A DNA stretch of 31,821 bases from a virus (lineage: Duplodnaviria > Caudoviricetes): IMG/VR virus record IMGVR_UViG_3300006735_006550, positions 1 to 31,821 of that record. One strand, given 5' to 3'. A model generated the notes under the pieces. The model saw only the letters and a program-made list of their open reading frames with translations, was not told the DNA's origin and did no database searches. Below, piece by piece: positions 15,855 to 23,570 of this stretch. Position 1 is the first letter of the stretch. Each line of letters opens with the position of its first letter. The position numbers and the translations under genes were made by a program.

Positions 15855-17350
15855 AGATATTAGGAATTAGTGCACTCAATCATGATGCCAGTATCACGTT
15901 ACTCGACCATAGTAATGATGAGATATTATTCAGTGCTCACTCAGAACGTTACTCTAATATTAAGAACGATTCTTTACTAAACCATAAGATGTTCGTGGAT
16001 TGTTCTCAGTATGGTGATATCGATAAAGTGGTATTTTTCGAAAGACCTTATTTAAAGAAATCACGACAACTATACTCTGGTCAATATAAAGAGATATTCA
16101 GTACGTTACCCAAAACCCATATTAAACAATTTCAATGGAACGTAAAAGATATCCATTACGTACAACACCACACATCTCATGCTTGTGCTTCTTATTTTAC
16201 CTCTCCGTATGACGAGAGTGCTATAGTCGTGATAGATGCTATTGGTGAATGGGAGACGTGTACGATATGGTATGTGAAGGGAAATTCTTTTGAGAAACGT
16301 TATAGTGTAAAGTATCCAAACTCTTTAGGATTGTGGTATAGTGCTATGACTCAAAGGTTGGGGCTAAAGCCCCAAGAGGATGAATACATCTTAATGGGTA
16401 TGGCTGGTTGGGGCACCATAGATAAAGAATTAAAACAGAACATCTATAATGACTTCTTTAAACGACCAGATAATCCACTACCCATTAAACTAAGTGGTAA
16501 TTTACATCGTGGTTGTTTAGATTGGAATCCTGATTATTATAAAGATGACGGCTCTGATGAGTGGAAGTTTAATATAGCGGCTAACGTACAATCTATATGT
16601 GAGGATGAGATTAAAAAGGTATTTGATTTAGCTCAACATTTAGTACCCGAAACAAAGAATATGTGTTATGGTGGTGGTGTTGCTTTGAATTGTGTGGCCA
16701 ATAGTATTATAGCCCGTGACTACTATCCCTCATTATGGATTATACCGAATCCCGGCGATGCTGGTTCATCACTTGGATGTGCAGCGTATTTACACGGTAG
16801 ACACGTGAATTGGAAAGATACGTTTTTAGGTTATAATATAAAAGGTAAGTATCCTGTTACTCAGGTGAGTAAAGAACTACTCAATGGAAATATCGTTGGT
16901 GTAGCAAGTGGTAGAGCTGAATATGGGCCAAGAGCCTTAGGTAATCGTAGTTTACTGGCAGATCCTCGTGGTGATGATATAAAAGATAAGGTAAATAAAA
17001 TAAAGAAACGACAAGAGTTTAGACCATTTGCTCCAGCAGTACTTGAGGAACATGCACACGAGATATTCGATATGCCCGTCAAGAAGTCTCAGTATATGCA
17101 GTTCGTTGCCAAGTGTAAGTATCCAGAGAAGTATCCAGCTATATGTCACGTAGATGGAACATCAAGAGTACAAACAGTAAGTAAAGACGATAACCCTAAT
17201 TTCTATAACTTGATAAATAAATTTTATAAACAAACAGGTTGTCCTATGGTACTGAATACGAGTCTGAATATCAAAGGTCAACCCATAGTAAACAACTATC
17301 TTGATGGTATAGAATTTAGTAAAAAATATAACGTAAAGGTTTATTCATGA
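15851..17350 (+). CDS. Carbamoyltransferase, NodU/CmcH/TobZ family
   Basis: HDAS, HHTSHA, IDAIGE, GGVALNC, GDAG, EYGPRALGNRS, RPFAP, HVDGTSRVQTV and LNTSLN motifs. Confidence 0.93.
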   Translation: MKILGISALNHDASITLLDHSNDEILFSAHSERYSNIKNDSLLNHKMFVDCSQYGDIDKVVFFERPYLKKSRQLYSGQYKEIFSTLPKTHIKQFQWNVKDIHYVQHHTSHACASYFTSPYDESAIVVIDAIGEWETCTIWYVKGNSFEKRYSVKYPNSLGLWYSAMTQRLGLKPQEDEYILMGMAGWGTIDKELKQNIYNDFFKRPDNPLPIKLSGNLHRGCLDWNPDYYKDDGSDEWKFNIAANVQSICEDEIKKVFDLAQHLVPETKNMCYGGGVALNCVANSIIARDYYPSLWIIPNPGDAGSSLGCAAYLHGRHVNWKDTFLGYNIKGKYPVTQVSKELLNGNIVGVASGRAEYGPRALGNRSLLADPRGDDIKDKVNKIKKRQEFRPFAPAVLEEHAHEIFDMPVKKSQYMQFVAKCKYPEKYPAICHVDGTSRVQTVSKDDNPNFYNLINKFYKQTGCPMVLNTSLNIKGQPIVNNYLDGIEFSKKYNVKVYS

Positions 17351-18177
17351 AAATAGGAATAGTAGGACAAGGTTATGTGGGAACTGCAATCAAGGTTGGG
17401 TTTGAACCATATTATGAATTAGAAACTTATGATAAATATGATGAGTCTAAAACTACGTGTGATTTAAAACAATTAGTTTGGGGATGTGAAGTGATATTTG
17501 TATGTGTTCCAACACCAATGAATGAAGATGGTAGTTGTCATACAGATATAGTTGAGAGTGTTATAAAAGAAATAAATACATATGCAAATGGTTTACAGAT
17601 AGTAGTTATCAAATCTACAGTTCCACCAGGAACTACAGATATGTTAGATAAAAAGTATGATGGTGTAAATGTTATATTTAATCCAGAGTTTCTTACCGAG
17701 GCTAACTTTGTAGAGGATTTTAAAAATCAAGATAGAATCATATTAGGTGGTGTTCGTAAAGGAACTAATAAATTAAGACAGATTTATAGTAAGGTATTTC
17801 CAACAGCACATATTATTAAGACGGGTTCGAAAACGGCAGAGATGGTGAAGTATATGACTAATAGTTATTTGGCTACAAAGGTATCTTTTGCAAATGAGAT
17901 ATATCAAATATGTCAGAAGATAGATATTGATTATGATAAGGTTGTAGAGTACGCTACACTTGATGAGAGATTAGGTAAAACACATTTAAGTGTACCAGGT
18001 CCTGATGGTGATTTAGGATTTGGTGGACATTGTTTACCAAAAGATTTAAATGCATTAATTACATTCGCACAAAATCTCGATTTAGACCCAATTGTATTAG
18101 AGACAATCAATTGGGTAAATGACAAATATAGAAAGAATAGGGATTGGGAAAAAATGAAAGGAAGAGCAGTAGTTTAG
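17347..18177 (+). CDS. ugd: UDP-glucose/GDP-mannose 6-dehydrogenase family (short form lacking the C-terminal domain)
   Basis: GQGYVG, FVCVPTP, IKSTVPPGTT, NPEFL, AEMVKY..N and the catalytic GFGGHCLPKD motif. Confidence 0.88.
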   Translation: MKIGIVGQGYVGTAIKVGFEPYYELETYDKYDESKTTCDLKQLVWGCEVIFVCVPTPMNEDGSCHTDIVESVIKEINTYANGLQIVVIKSTVPPGTTDMLDKKYDGVNVIFNPEFLTEANFVEDFKNQDRIILGGVRKGTNKLRQIYSKVFPTAHIIKTGSKTAEMVKYMTNSYLATKVSFANEIYQICQKIDIDYDKVVEYATLDERLGKTHLSVPGPDGDLGFGGHCLPKDLNALITFAQNLDLDPIVLETINWVNDKYRKNRDWEKMKGRAVV

Positions 18178-18236
18178 TTTGTTTAGTGTATATTTATTAT
18201 TGAGTGTTATGTTAGTCTCATTGATTAATGTAATGT

Positions 18237-18323
18237 ATGAGCGAAGAAATATTAGAAGTGTTATTGGCAATATTAGTAGTGTTATATTGGAGATGGCTAT
18301 TAAGATATGTCCGCAAACATTAG
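18237..18323 (+). CDS. Single-TM micro-protein (28 aa, MSEEILEVLLAILVVLYWRWLLRYVRKH)
   Basis: Clean acidic-TM-basic topology, downstream of a TATATTTAT motif; more plausible than track ORF 18179..18391. Confidence 0.45.
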   Translation: MSEEILEVLLAILVVLYWRWLLRYVRKH

Positions 18324-18332
18324 ACAGATATC

Positions 18333-18632
18333 ATGAAGAAAACATACAAAGAACAGAAACAATTATTAAAAGAAATTTTACAACAAGTTAACACAAAAGA
18401 ACTTATAGATAAAGAATATGTACGTAACGAAAGGGAACATCTTTTGAAGAAAGAAGTAGAACGTATATTTGACACGTTTAGATTATTAGTATCGATATTA
18501 CTATTACCATTATTAACAATATTGTCTGTCGTCCCACTAACAACATTGTTAGTTTTATTATGTTTATTTATTATGAAAGAAATGTTATTAGGTATGTTTA
18601 GATTAACTACACTACCATTTAAAAAGTTATAA
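18333..18632 (+). CDS. Hypothetical membrane protein
   Basis: Charged N-terminus and a long hydrophobic C-terminal hairpin. Confidence 0.6.
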   Translation: MKKTYKEQKQLLKEILQQVNTKELIDKEYVRNEREHLLKKEVERIFDTFRLLVSILLLPLLTILSVVPLTTLLVLLCLFIMKEMLLGMFRLTTLPFKKL

Positions 18633-18648
18633 AGGAGAAAAGGTTATT

Positions 18649-18780
18649 ATGGTAAGAACAAAAAGAAAACCTATAAAGGTAAGAACAAAAAGAAAACCAC
18701 GTCAAGTCAAAGAAGTTAGTTTCTTTGAACGTGTGGTAAAGGGTGGAAGAAAAATCTTCTCACCAGCACCAAAGTCTTAA
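18649..18780 (+). CDS. Small very basic protein (43 aa) with an internal VRTKRKP repeat
   Basis: AAGGAG upstream; GGTAAGAACAAAAAGAAAACC is repeated at 18651 and 18678. Confidence 0.55.
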   Translation: MVRTKRKPIKVRTKRKPRQVKEVSFFERVVKGGRKIFSPAPKS

Positions 18781-18797
18781 GCAGCGACTATGTTGAT

Positions 18798-18869
18798 GGC
18801 CCGTTCGTCTAGTGGTTAGGACTCAGGATTTTCATTCCTGCAACAGGAGTTCGATTCTCCTACGGGCTA
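18798..18869 (+). tRNA. tRNA-Glu(TTC)
   Basis: Acceptor GGCCCGT/ACGGGCT, anticodon arm CAGGA-TTTTCAT-TCCTG, T-loop TTCGATT; CCA not encoded. Confidence 0.95.
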
Positions 18870-18881
18870 CAAAAAAAGTGC

Positions 18882-18911
18882 TTGACACATATGTATAAAA
18901 TGTAGTATATT
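18882..18911 (+). promoter_or_regulatory. Sigma70-type promoter TTGACA-18-TATATT
   Basis: Promoter-family motif upstream of tRNA-Ala and tRNA-Thr. Confidence 0.7.
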
Positions 18912-18948
18912 CTGTTTAAAGACTTGTGTCGTGGTTGACACGAAGTAT

Positions 18949-19021
18949 GGGGCTGTAGTTCAGTTGGGAGAACGCCTCCCTTGCACGGAGGAGGTCGCTG
19001 GTTCGAGTCCAGTCAGCTCCA
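18949..19021 (+). tRNA. tRNA-Ala(TGC)
   Basis: GGGGCTG/CAGCTCC acceptor with G3:U70, CCTCC-CTTGCAC-GGAGG anticodon arm, TTCGAGT T-loop. Confidence 0.96.
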
Positions 19022-19026
19022 CAAAC

Positions 19027-19099
19027 GCCAGAGTAGCTCAGTTGGTAGAGCAAGTGATTTGTAATCACTAGGTCGTAGGTTCGAATCCTATCTCTGGCT
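19027..19099 (+). tRNA. tRNA-Thr(TGT)
   Basis: GCCAGAG/CTCTGGC acceptor, AGTGA-TTTGTAA-TCACT anticodon arm, TTCGAAT T-loop. Confidence 0.96.
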
Positions 19100-19123
19100 C
19101 AAGAATTTGATAAGGAAATTCAA

Positions 19124-19777
19124 ATGGTCAATTCAAATAGTTTTTGGTATTGGGATAGTGTAATACCAAAAGAAGAGTGTGATAAAATAATTAATTTATA
19201 TCCTGATAAATGGGTAGATGCTAAAGTACATACTGACCGAATAGAAAGGTCAAGAGATTTTGATAGAGATATTGGACACGATATAAATACTCGTAATAGT
19301 CAAGTTATATTTTTTAGTGATAAGTGGGTATTTGAATTAGCTTATAGTTTTATTAAATCTGCCAATGAACAGGCTGGTTGGGAGTATGATATAGAATCAA
19401 TGGAGAATCTACAATTAACCAGATATGAAACTGAGGGATTCTATGGATGGCATTCAGACGGCCCAAGTGACAACTTTGGTAAGTATGATAGACCTAAAGA
19501 TGATTTATTGAATGGATTGATTAGAAAATTAAGTATAACGATTTTATTAAATGATGATTATGAGGGTGGTGAGTTTCAATTTAAATTTGCAAATGAAAAG
19601 ATGAAAGGTTTAGATAAGGTAGGTCATGGATTAAAAACAAATACATTAACACCACCAATGAAAGGTACAGGTTCAGTTATTGTTTTTCCATCTTATCAAT
19701 TACATAGAGTAAAACCCGTAACAAAGGGTATGAGATATTCATTAGTAGGTTGGGCGTGTGGCCCACCATTTAAATAG
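19124..19777 (+). CDS. 2OG-Fe(II) oxygenase (PKHD-type)
   Basis: YGWHSD (HxD), RKLSITILLND.YEGGEF, VFPSYQLHRVKPV..G.RYSLV.W. Confidence 0.9.
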   Translation: MVNSNSFWYWDSVIPKEECDKIINLYPDKWVDAKVHTDRIERSRDFDRDIGHDINTRNSQVIFFSDKWVFELAYSFIKSANEQAGWEYDIESMENLQLTRYETEGFYGWHSDGPSDNFGKYDRPKDDLLNGLIRKLSITILLNDDYEGGEFQFKFANEKMKGLDKVGHGLKTNTLTPPMKGTGSVIVFPSYQLHRVKPVTKGMRYSLVGWACGPPFK

Positions 19778-19785
19778 AGGGAAGT

Positions 19786-20109
19786 ATGATTGAATATATT
19801 TTATTAGGTATATTATCACCTATATTTCTAAACTTGATGCACTTAGTTCTTGGTATCTTTGTGGTAACACAACGTGGTAGTGTTATGAGTTTAGGATTTA
19901 CTGGTATTAGTTTCATAACTAAAACATTCGGTATGATGTTTTTAACTTGGTTGGGTGTAGGTTATTTAGGTTTGGATATGAAAGTATTCATACCTTTACT
20001 TGTATTCTTTTGGTTCTTTACCCATGTGGTAGAGGCATTTGTAATACAACACTATATACAATTAAACGTACCCAAAGCATTACAAGATTTAAATGATAGA
20101 TGCCGTTAA
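19786..20109 (+). CDS. Hypothetical multi-pass membrane protein
   Basis: Three to four hydrophobic helices; GAGG SD. Confidence 0.65.
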   Translation: MIEYILLGILSPIFLNLMHLVLGIFVVTQRGSVMSLGFTGISFITKTFGMMFLTWLGVGYLGLDMKVFIPLLVFFWFFTHVVEAFVIQHYIQLNVPKALQDLNDRCR

Positions 20110-20606
20110 GTAGATATACTAAAAGACATAAACGAACCTTTGGTAAAAAGAAAGAGAAGTGGGATGGTAACTTTAGATTACCACCTAAACCAGATAGTTA
20201 TTATACGGAAGTAAAAGGACAATGTAGGTGGTGTGGTAACATGATTGTAAAGGAAGATGGTACTATTAATGAAAGAAAGAGTTGGCATAAAGATTGTGCT
20301 ACAGAGTATATGTTAATTTATCATTCACGTGAACAGAGAGCTCACGTTTGAAAAAGAGATAAGAATGTTTGTAATCATTGTGGTAAAGTTTCTCGTAAAT
20401 GGGATGTTGACCACATAAGACCTTTAGTGGAACAGAAGCATGTAAAGGAAGAAGATTTAGATTGGAGTTATTATAGTTTAGATAACTTACAGACATTATG
20501 TAAAAAGTGTCATAGAATAAAAACTAATTCAGAAGTCCATCTAAAGGGAAAGAAAAAACCCTTAAAATATAAAACACATAAGTTTATAGGAGAAGAAAAA
20601 AAATGA
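20100..20606 (+). pseudogene. HNH endonuclease gene interrupted by an in-frame TGA at 20349-20351 (pseudogene, sequence error or readthrough)
   Basis: The frame continues past the TGA as KRDKNVCNHCG...WDVDHIRPL...SLDNLQTLCKKCHRIKT and ends at 20606 in an ATGA overlap with the next gene. Confidence 0.8.
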
Positions 20607-20857
20607 GAGATAGATTACTTAAAGCTATAACTGAGTATCTCAAGGGTGGGATAGCTAAACATAAGGCCAACGTTGAAGTGTATCTGAACCAAACAGTTGG
20701 TATTGGTGAACACTCAGATATAGTATCTACTATTGAAAATGAACTTGAGTTATTATCAGGTTATGAAGATAAGTTAGAAGTATTGAATAAACATTTTCAA
20801 CTAACAGACCAGTTAGGAACTAAGGAGTTATTAAATGAAAGAACTAAAAGCAAATAG
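20603..20857 (+). CDS. Phage-type helical hypothetical protein
   Basis: AGGAG upstream; HKANVEVYLN..VGIGEH motif that I recall from T4-like marine phages. Confidence 0.7.
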   Translation: MRDRLLKAITEYLKGGIAKHKANVEVYLNQTVGIGEHSDIVSTIENELELLSGYEDKLEVLNKHFQLTDQLGTKELLNERTKSK

Positions 20858-21062
20858 AGTACCACCTGGTGATAGGTGGGCAATGGTAGATGGTGATGAC
20901 CAGATATATGCATCACTTACTGAATTACTAAATGCAATCTTTATGGAAACTCAGATGACTGATTTTTATGTTGATGCACAAAAGGGTGAAGTTCATGTAG
21001 AGGATGGTAAAGAAAAACCACCTACTATTAAGAAGTACTCACTCTATGGGGAAGAATATTAA
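20835..21062 (+). CDS. Hypothetical protein
   Basis: AAGGAG SD; 75 aa. Confidence 0.65.
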   Translation: MKELKANRVPPGDRWAMVDGDDQIYASLTELLNAIFMETQMTDFYVDAQKGEVHVEDGKEKPPTIKKYSLYGEEY

Positions 21063-21422
21063 TTGAGTAAATTAGTAATGGCTATGGTCATATTGGTTAT
21101 AAGTAATATAATGGCTTGGTGGCAGTTGAATGCACAATTCATCGAAAAATTTAAAGGTCATTGGTTTTGGAGTTCGGGAGAATGGATGTCTATCTTTGGT
21201 ATACCAGTAGGTTATGCATTTTTTCATGCATCAAAATTAAGTTATGAACATTTTGGATTCACTTGGAATATTCGTATGATTGGATTTGGATTAGGTACAT
21301 TAGTCTTTGGATTGATGTCGTATTTATTTCTGAAAGAAATCCCTACACTAAAAACTGCAATCTGTCTTTTATTGGCGTTATCAATAATCTTAATACAGGT
21401 AACAAATGTGATAGGTGAGTGA
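21063..21422 (+). CDS. 4-TM membrane protein, DMT/SMR-like
   Basis: Four hydrophobic helices with a C-terminal FLKE.P....I.LLLAL pattern typical of DMT proteins. Confidence 0.6.
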   Translation: MSKLVMAMVILVISNIMAWWQLNAQFIEKFKGHWFWSSGEWMSIFGIPVGYAFFHASKLSYEHFGFTWNIRMIGFGLGTLVFGLMSYLFLKEIPTLKTAICLLLALSIILIQVTNVIGE

Positions 21423-21640
21423 TGCCGATAAATAAGAAAGCTGATGAAAACCTACCACAAGATTTACAAGATACAATTAATACGTTTATCGAGCAGGCAA
21501 ATATCATAGAGGAATATGATTTAGATACTATGCCTATGGAATATTTTGCAAACCTAATAGAGAAACTAAAAGAGTATCATGAGTATCCATTGATTATGGA
21601 TTTATTAAAATCAGTTGAAGAAGGAATGATAAAGAAATGA
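21422..21640 (+). CDS. Hypothetical acidic protein
   Basis: TGATG overlap; alternative GTG start at 21419. Confidence 0.6.
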   Translation: MPINKKADENLPQDLQDTINTFIEQANIIEEYDLDTMPMEYFANLIEKLKEYHEYPLIMDLLKSVEEGMIKK

Positions 21641-21720
21641 TTGATTATATATTGGCCGTTCTTATACTTGGATTTACGTTTTATCAAATAAGAAAATTTT
21701 TAAATGAAGAGGATAAATAG
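21637..21720 (+). CDS. Single-TM micro-protein (27 aa)
   Basis: ATGA overlap; MIDYILAVLILGFTFYQIRKFLNEEDK fills the gap before apt. Confidence 0.5.
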   Translation: MIDYILAVLILGFTFYQIRKFLNEEDK

Positions 21721-21722
21721 AA

Positions 21723-22259
21723 ATGATTAAAGAATCTAGCCATTTTTTCAAAGATAATATAGCTGATGTACCTGACTTTCCTAAAGATGGGATTAATTAT
21801 AAAGACATATCTCCAGTAATTGCAATACCACATATGTTTAGATTGGCTTTATTGAATATGCTACAAGGACACAATAACGAATTATGGGCAGGTGTTGAGA
21901 GTAGGGGATTTATATTTGCTGCAGGTTTAAGTGGTGTTAATGGTGGTGGTGTGTTGATGATTAGAAAAAAAGGGAAACTTCCCCCACCAGTAATCGGTAA
22001 GGAATATAGTTTAGAATATGGCACTGATACACTTGAAGTAAAACCAGCTGGTGAAAGGAAATCAGTTGTATTGGTAGATGATGTTTTGGCTACAGGTGGA
22101 ACATTAAAGGCTTCATATGATGTACTGAAACTAGCAGGATATAATGTTCTCGGTATTGCTGTATTCATTGATTTACAATATTTACATGAAGAGGATTTCA
22201 CAATAGATGGCCACAAAGTTCATTCAGCTGTACAATATAAAGAGTTGGGAGAACGATGA
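21723..22259 (+). CDS. apt: Adenine phosphoribosyltransferase
   Basis: VPDFPKDGINYKDI, ESRGF, RKKGKLP, YSLEYG and the PRPP-binding VDDVLATGGT motif. Confidence 0.93.
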   Translation: MIKESSHFFKDNIADVPDFPKDGINYKDISPVIAIPHMFRLALLNMLQGHNNELWAGVESRGFIFAAGLSGVNGGGVLMIRKKGKLPPPVIGKEYSLEYGTDTLEVKPAGERKSVVLVDDVLATGGTLKASYDVLKLAGYNVLGIAVFIDLQYLHEEDFTIDGHKVHSAVQYKELGER

Positions 22260-22909
22260 ATAAAATAGGATGGAGAGGACAAAAACTTGGGTTTCAAGAG
22301 GTGGAGACAAAGGCACGTGAGTTGGATAAGAAACCACTTATAGTTTGTGCACTCGAACAAGAAACTCAAGGACAACTTGAGGACTACGATGTTTTATATA
22401 CAGGTGTTGGTAAAGTAAATGCAACTTACGCATTAACAACTCACTTTGGAAAATATGGTTCTCATATTCCATATGACTTGGTGATTAACTATGGAACAGC
22501 TGGTAGTGGTAAACTTCCAATTGGAGAATTAATAGATTGTACTAAATTCATACAACGAGATATGGATGTTACGGGTCTTGGATTTATGATACATCAAACA
22601 CCTTTTGAACCATTAGTGCCAATTGCGTTAGATTTCTGTCACGTAGAGTTTAATCCTATTGGTAGAAACGAGTGGTGTGCAAGTGGTGATTCATTTGTAA
22701 ATAATAGAAACTCACCGTATACTGATTATGTAATTGATATGGAAGCTTACGCATTAGCAAAAGTATGTTGGAAACGTAATGTGGATTTTATATCTTTTAA
22801 ATATATTACTGATGGAGCTAACGAGTCTTCTGGAAAAGATTGGGAAAGTAATTTGGCAGATGGTATAGTAAAATTTAAAGAAAGGGTTATTGATGAGTTG
22901 GAAAGATAA
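22256..22909 (+). CDS. mtnN: 5'-methylthioadenosine/S-adenosylhomocysteine nucleosidase
   Basis: TGVGKVNA, INYGTAG, SGDSF, DMEAYALA and KYITDGA motifs of PNP_UDP_1 nucleosidases. Confidence 0.85.
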   Translation: MNKIGWRGQKLGFQEVETKARELDKKPLIVCALEQETQGQLEDYDVLYTGVGKVNATYALTTHFGKYGSHIPYDLVINYGTAGSGKLPIGELIDCTKFIQRDMDVTGLGFMIHQTPFEPLVPIALDFCHVEFNPIGRNEWCASGDSFVNNRNSPYTDYVIDMEAYALAKVCWKRNVDFISFKYITDGANESSGKDWESNLADGIVKFKERVIDELER

Positions 22910-23129
22910 TACAGTTTATAATCAATCTGATAATAAGGTTATGGTCAGAACTAATGGTGATTTGATTTATGTCATTTGTAAATCACAAGAAGAACAAGAT
23001 TCAGTTGTAAAATACTTATCAACTGAAAGTTGTAAGTTAGAAGACTATGAGGTTTGGGAAGATGAAAAAGTGATACTTACGTTCAGAGTCCATGATGGAG
23101 ATGAAAGTGAAAAGGTTCATTTGAATTAA
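22893..23129 (+). CDS. Hypothetical protein
   Basis: About 78 aa; TAATG overlap with the next gene. Confidence 0.6.
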   Translation: MSWKDNTVYNQSDNKVMVRTNGDLIYVICKSQEEQDSVVKYLSTESCKLEDYEVWEDEKVILTFRVHDGDESEKVHLN

Positions 23130-23335
23130 TGTTTAGAGAAACTCGTAGACGTTCATTAAGAAAATCTATTGGATGGAGAGTGATAGCATTCAGTAACACG
23201 TGGATGATATTATCATTAGGACTTACTGATATACCACTTTATAATGCCATCATTATGAATGTATTAGGTATAATTTATTTTTATTTATATGAAAGACTTT
23301 GGAACAAATCACAAAGTGGAAGATACGTGGAGTAG
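23129..23335 (+). CDS. DUF2061-like small membrane protein
   Basis: ETRRRSLRKSIGWRVIA ... YFYLYERLWNK pattern. Confidence 0.75.
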   Translation: MFRETRRRSLRKSIGWRVIAFSNTWMILSLGLTDIPLYNAIIMNVLGIIYFYLYERLWNKSQSGRYVE

Positions 23336-23339
23336 TATT

Positions 23340-23570
23340 ATGGAAAATATAATAGCACAAGTAAAAAAGAATAGTAGAGAAGTCATTCGTATTAGTGAGA
23401 AAGAATATGAAGGATACAAGTTTATAGACATGAGAATTTATTACCAAGATAAATCAGATGGTAATTGGTATCCAACTAAAAAGGGAATATCACTCACACC
23501 CAATACAGTACCAGAAGTCATTGAGGGAATACTAAAGGCTATGGACGTTATGGGATATGGAGAAAAATGA
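23340..23570 (+). CDS. PC4/YdbC-family ssDNA-binding protein
   Basis: KNSREVIRIS..EYEGYKFIDMRIYY...W.PTKKGISL; start at ATG 23340 after GGAG. Confidence 0.85.
   Translation: MENIIAQVKKNSREVIRISEKEYEGYKFIDMRIYYQDKSDGNWYPTKKGISLTPNTVPEVIEGILKAMDVMGYGEK

Noticed and set aside
18179-18391. Track ORF of 70 aa with a TTG start
   Set aside because: It spans a putative promoter motif and overlaps the next gene; the 28-aa TM ORF 18237-18323 fits better.
18651-18698. CRISPR-like repeat
   Set aside because: Only two copies, 6 nt apart, in frame within a peptide. No CRISPR array or cas gene is visible in the window.
18921-18946. Hairpin between the promoter and tRNA-Ala as a separate ncRNA
   Set aside because: A single short stem-loop, most simply a pre-tRNA leader.
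20349-20351. Genome-wide TGA recoding or selenocysteine
   Set aside because: Many genes end in TGA within ATGA overlaps (1599, 3296, 6967, 11390, 17350, 22259, 23570). The interrupted position is not one of the HNH Cys ligands, and no SECIS-like hairpin follows.
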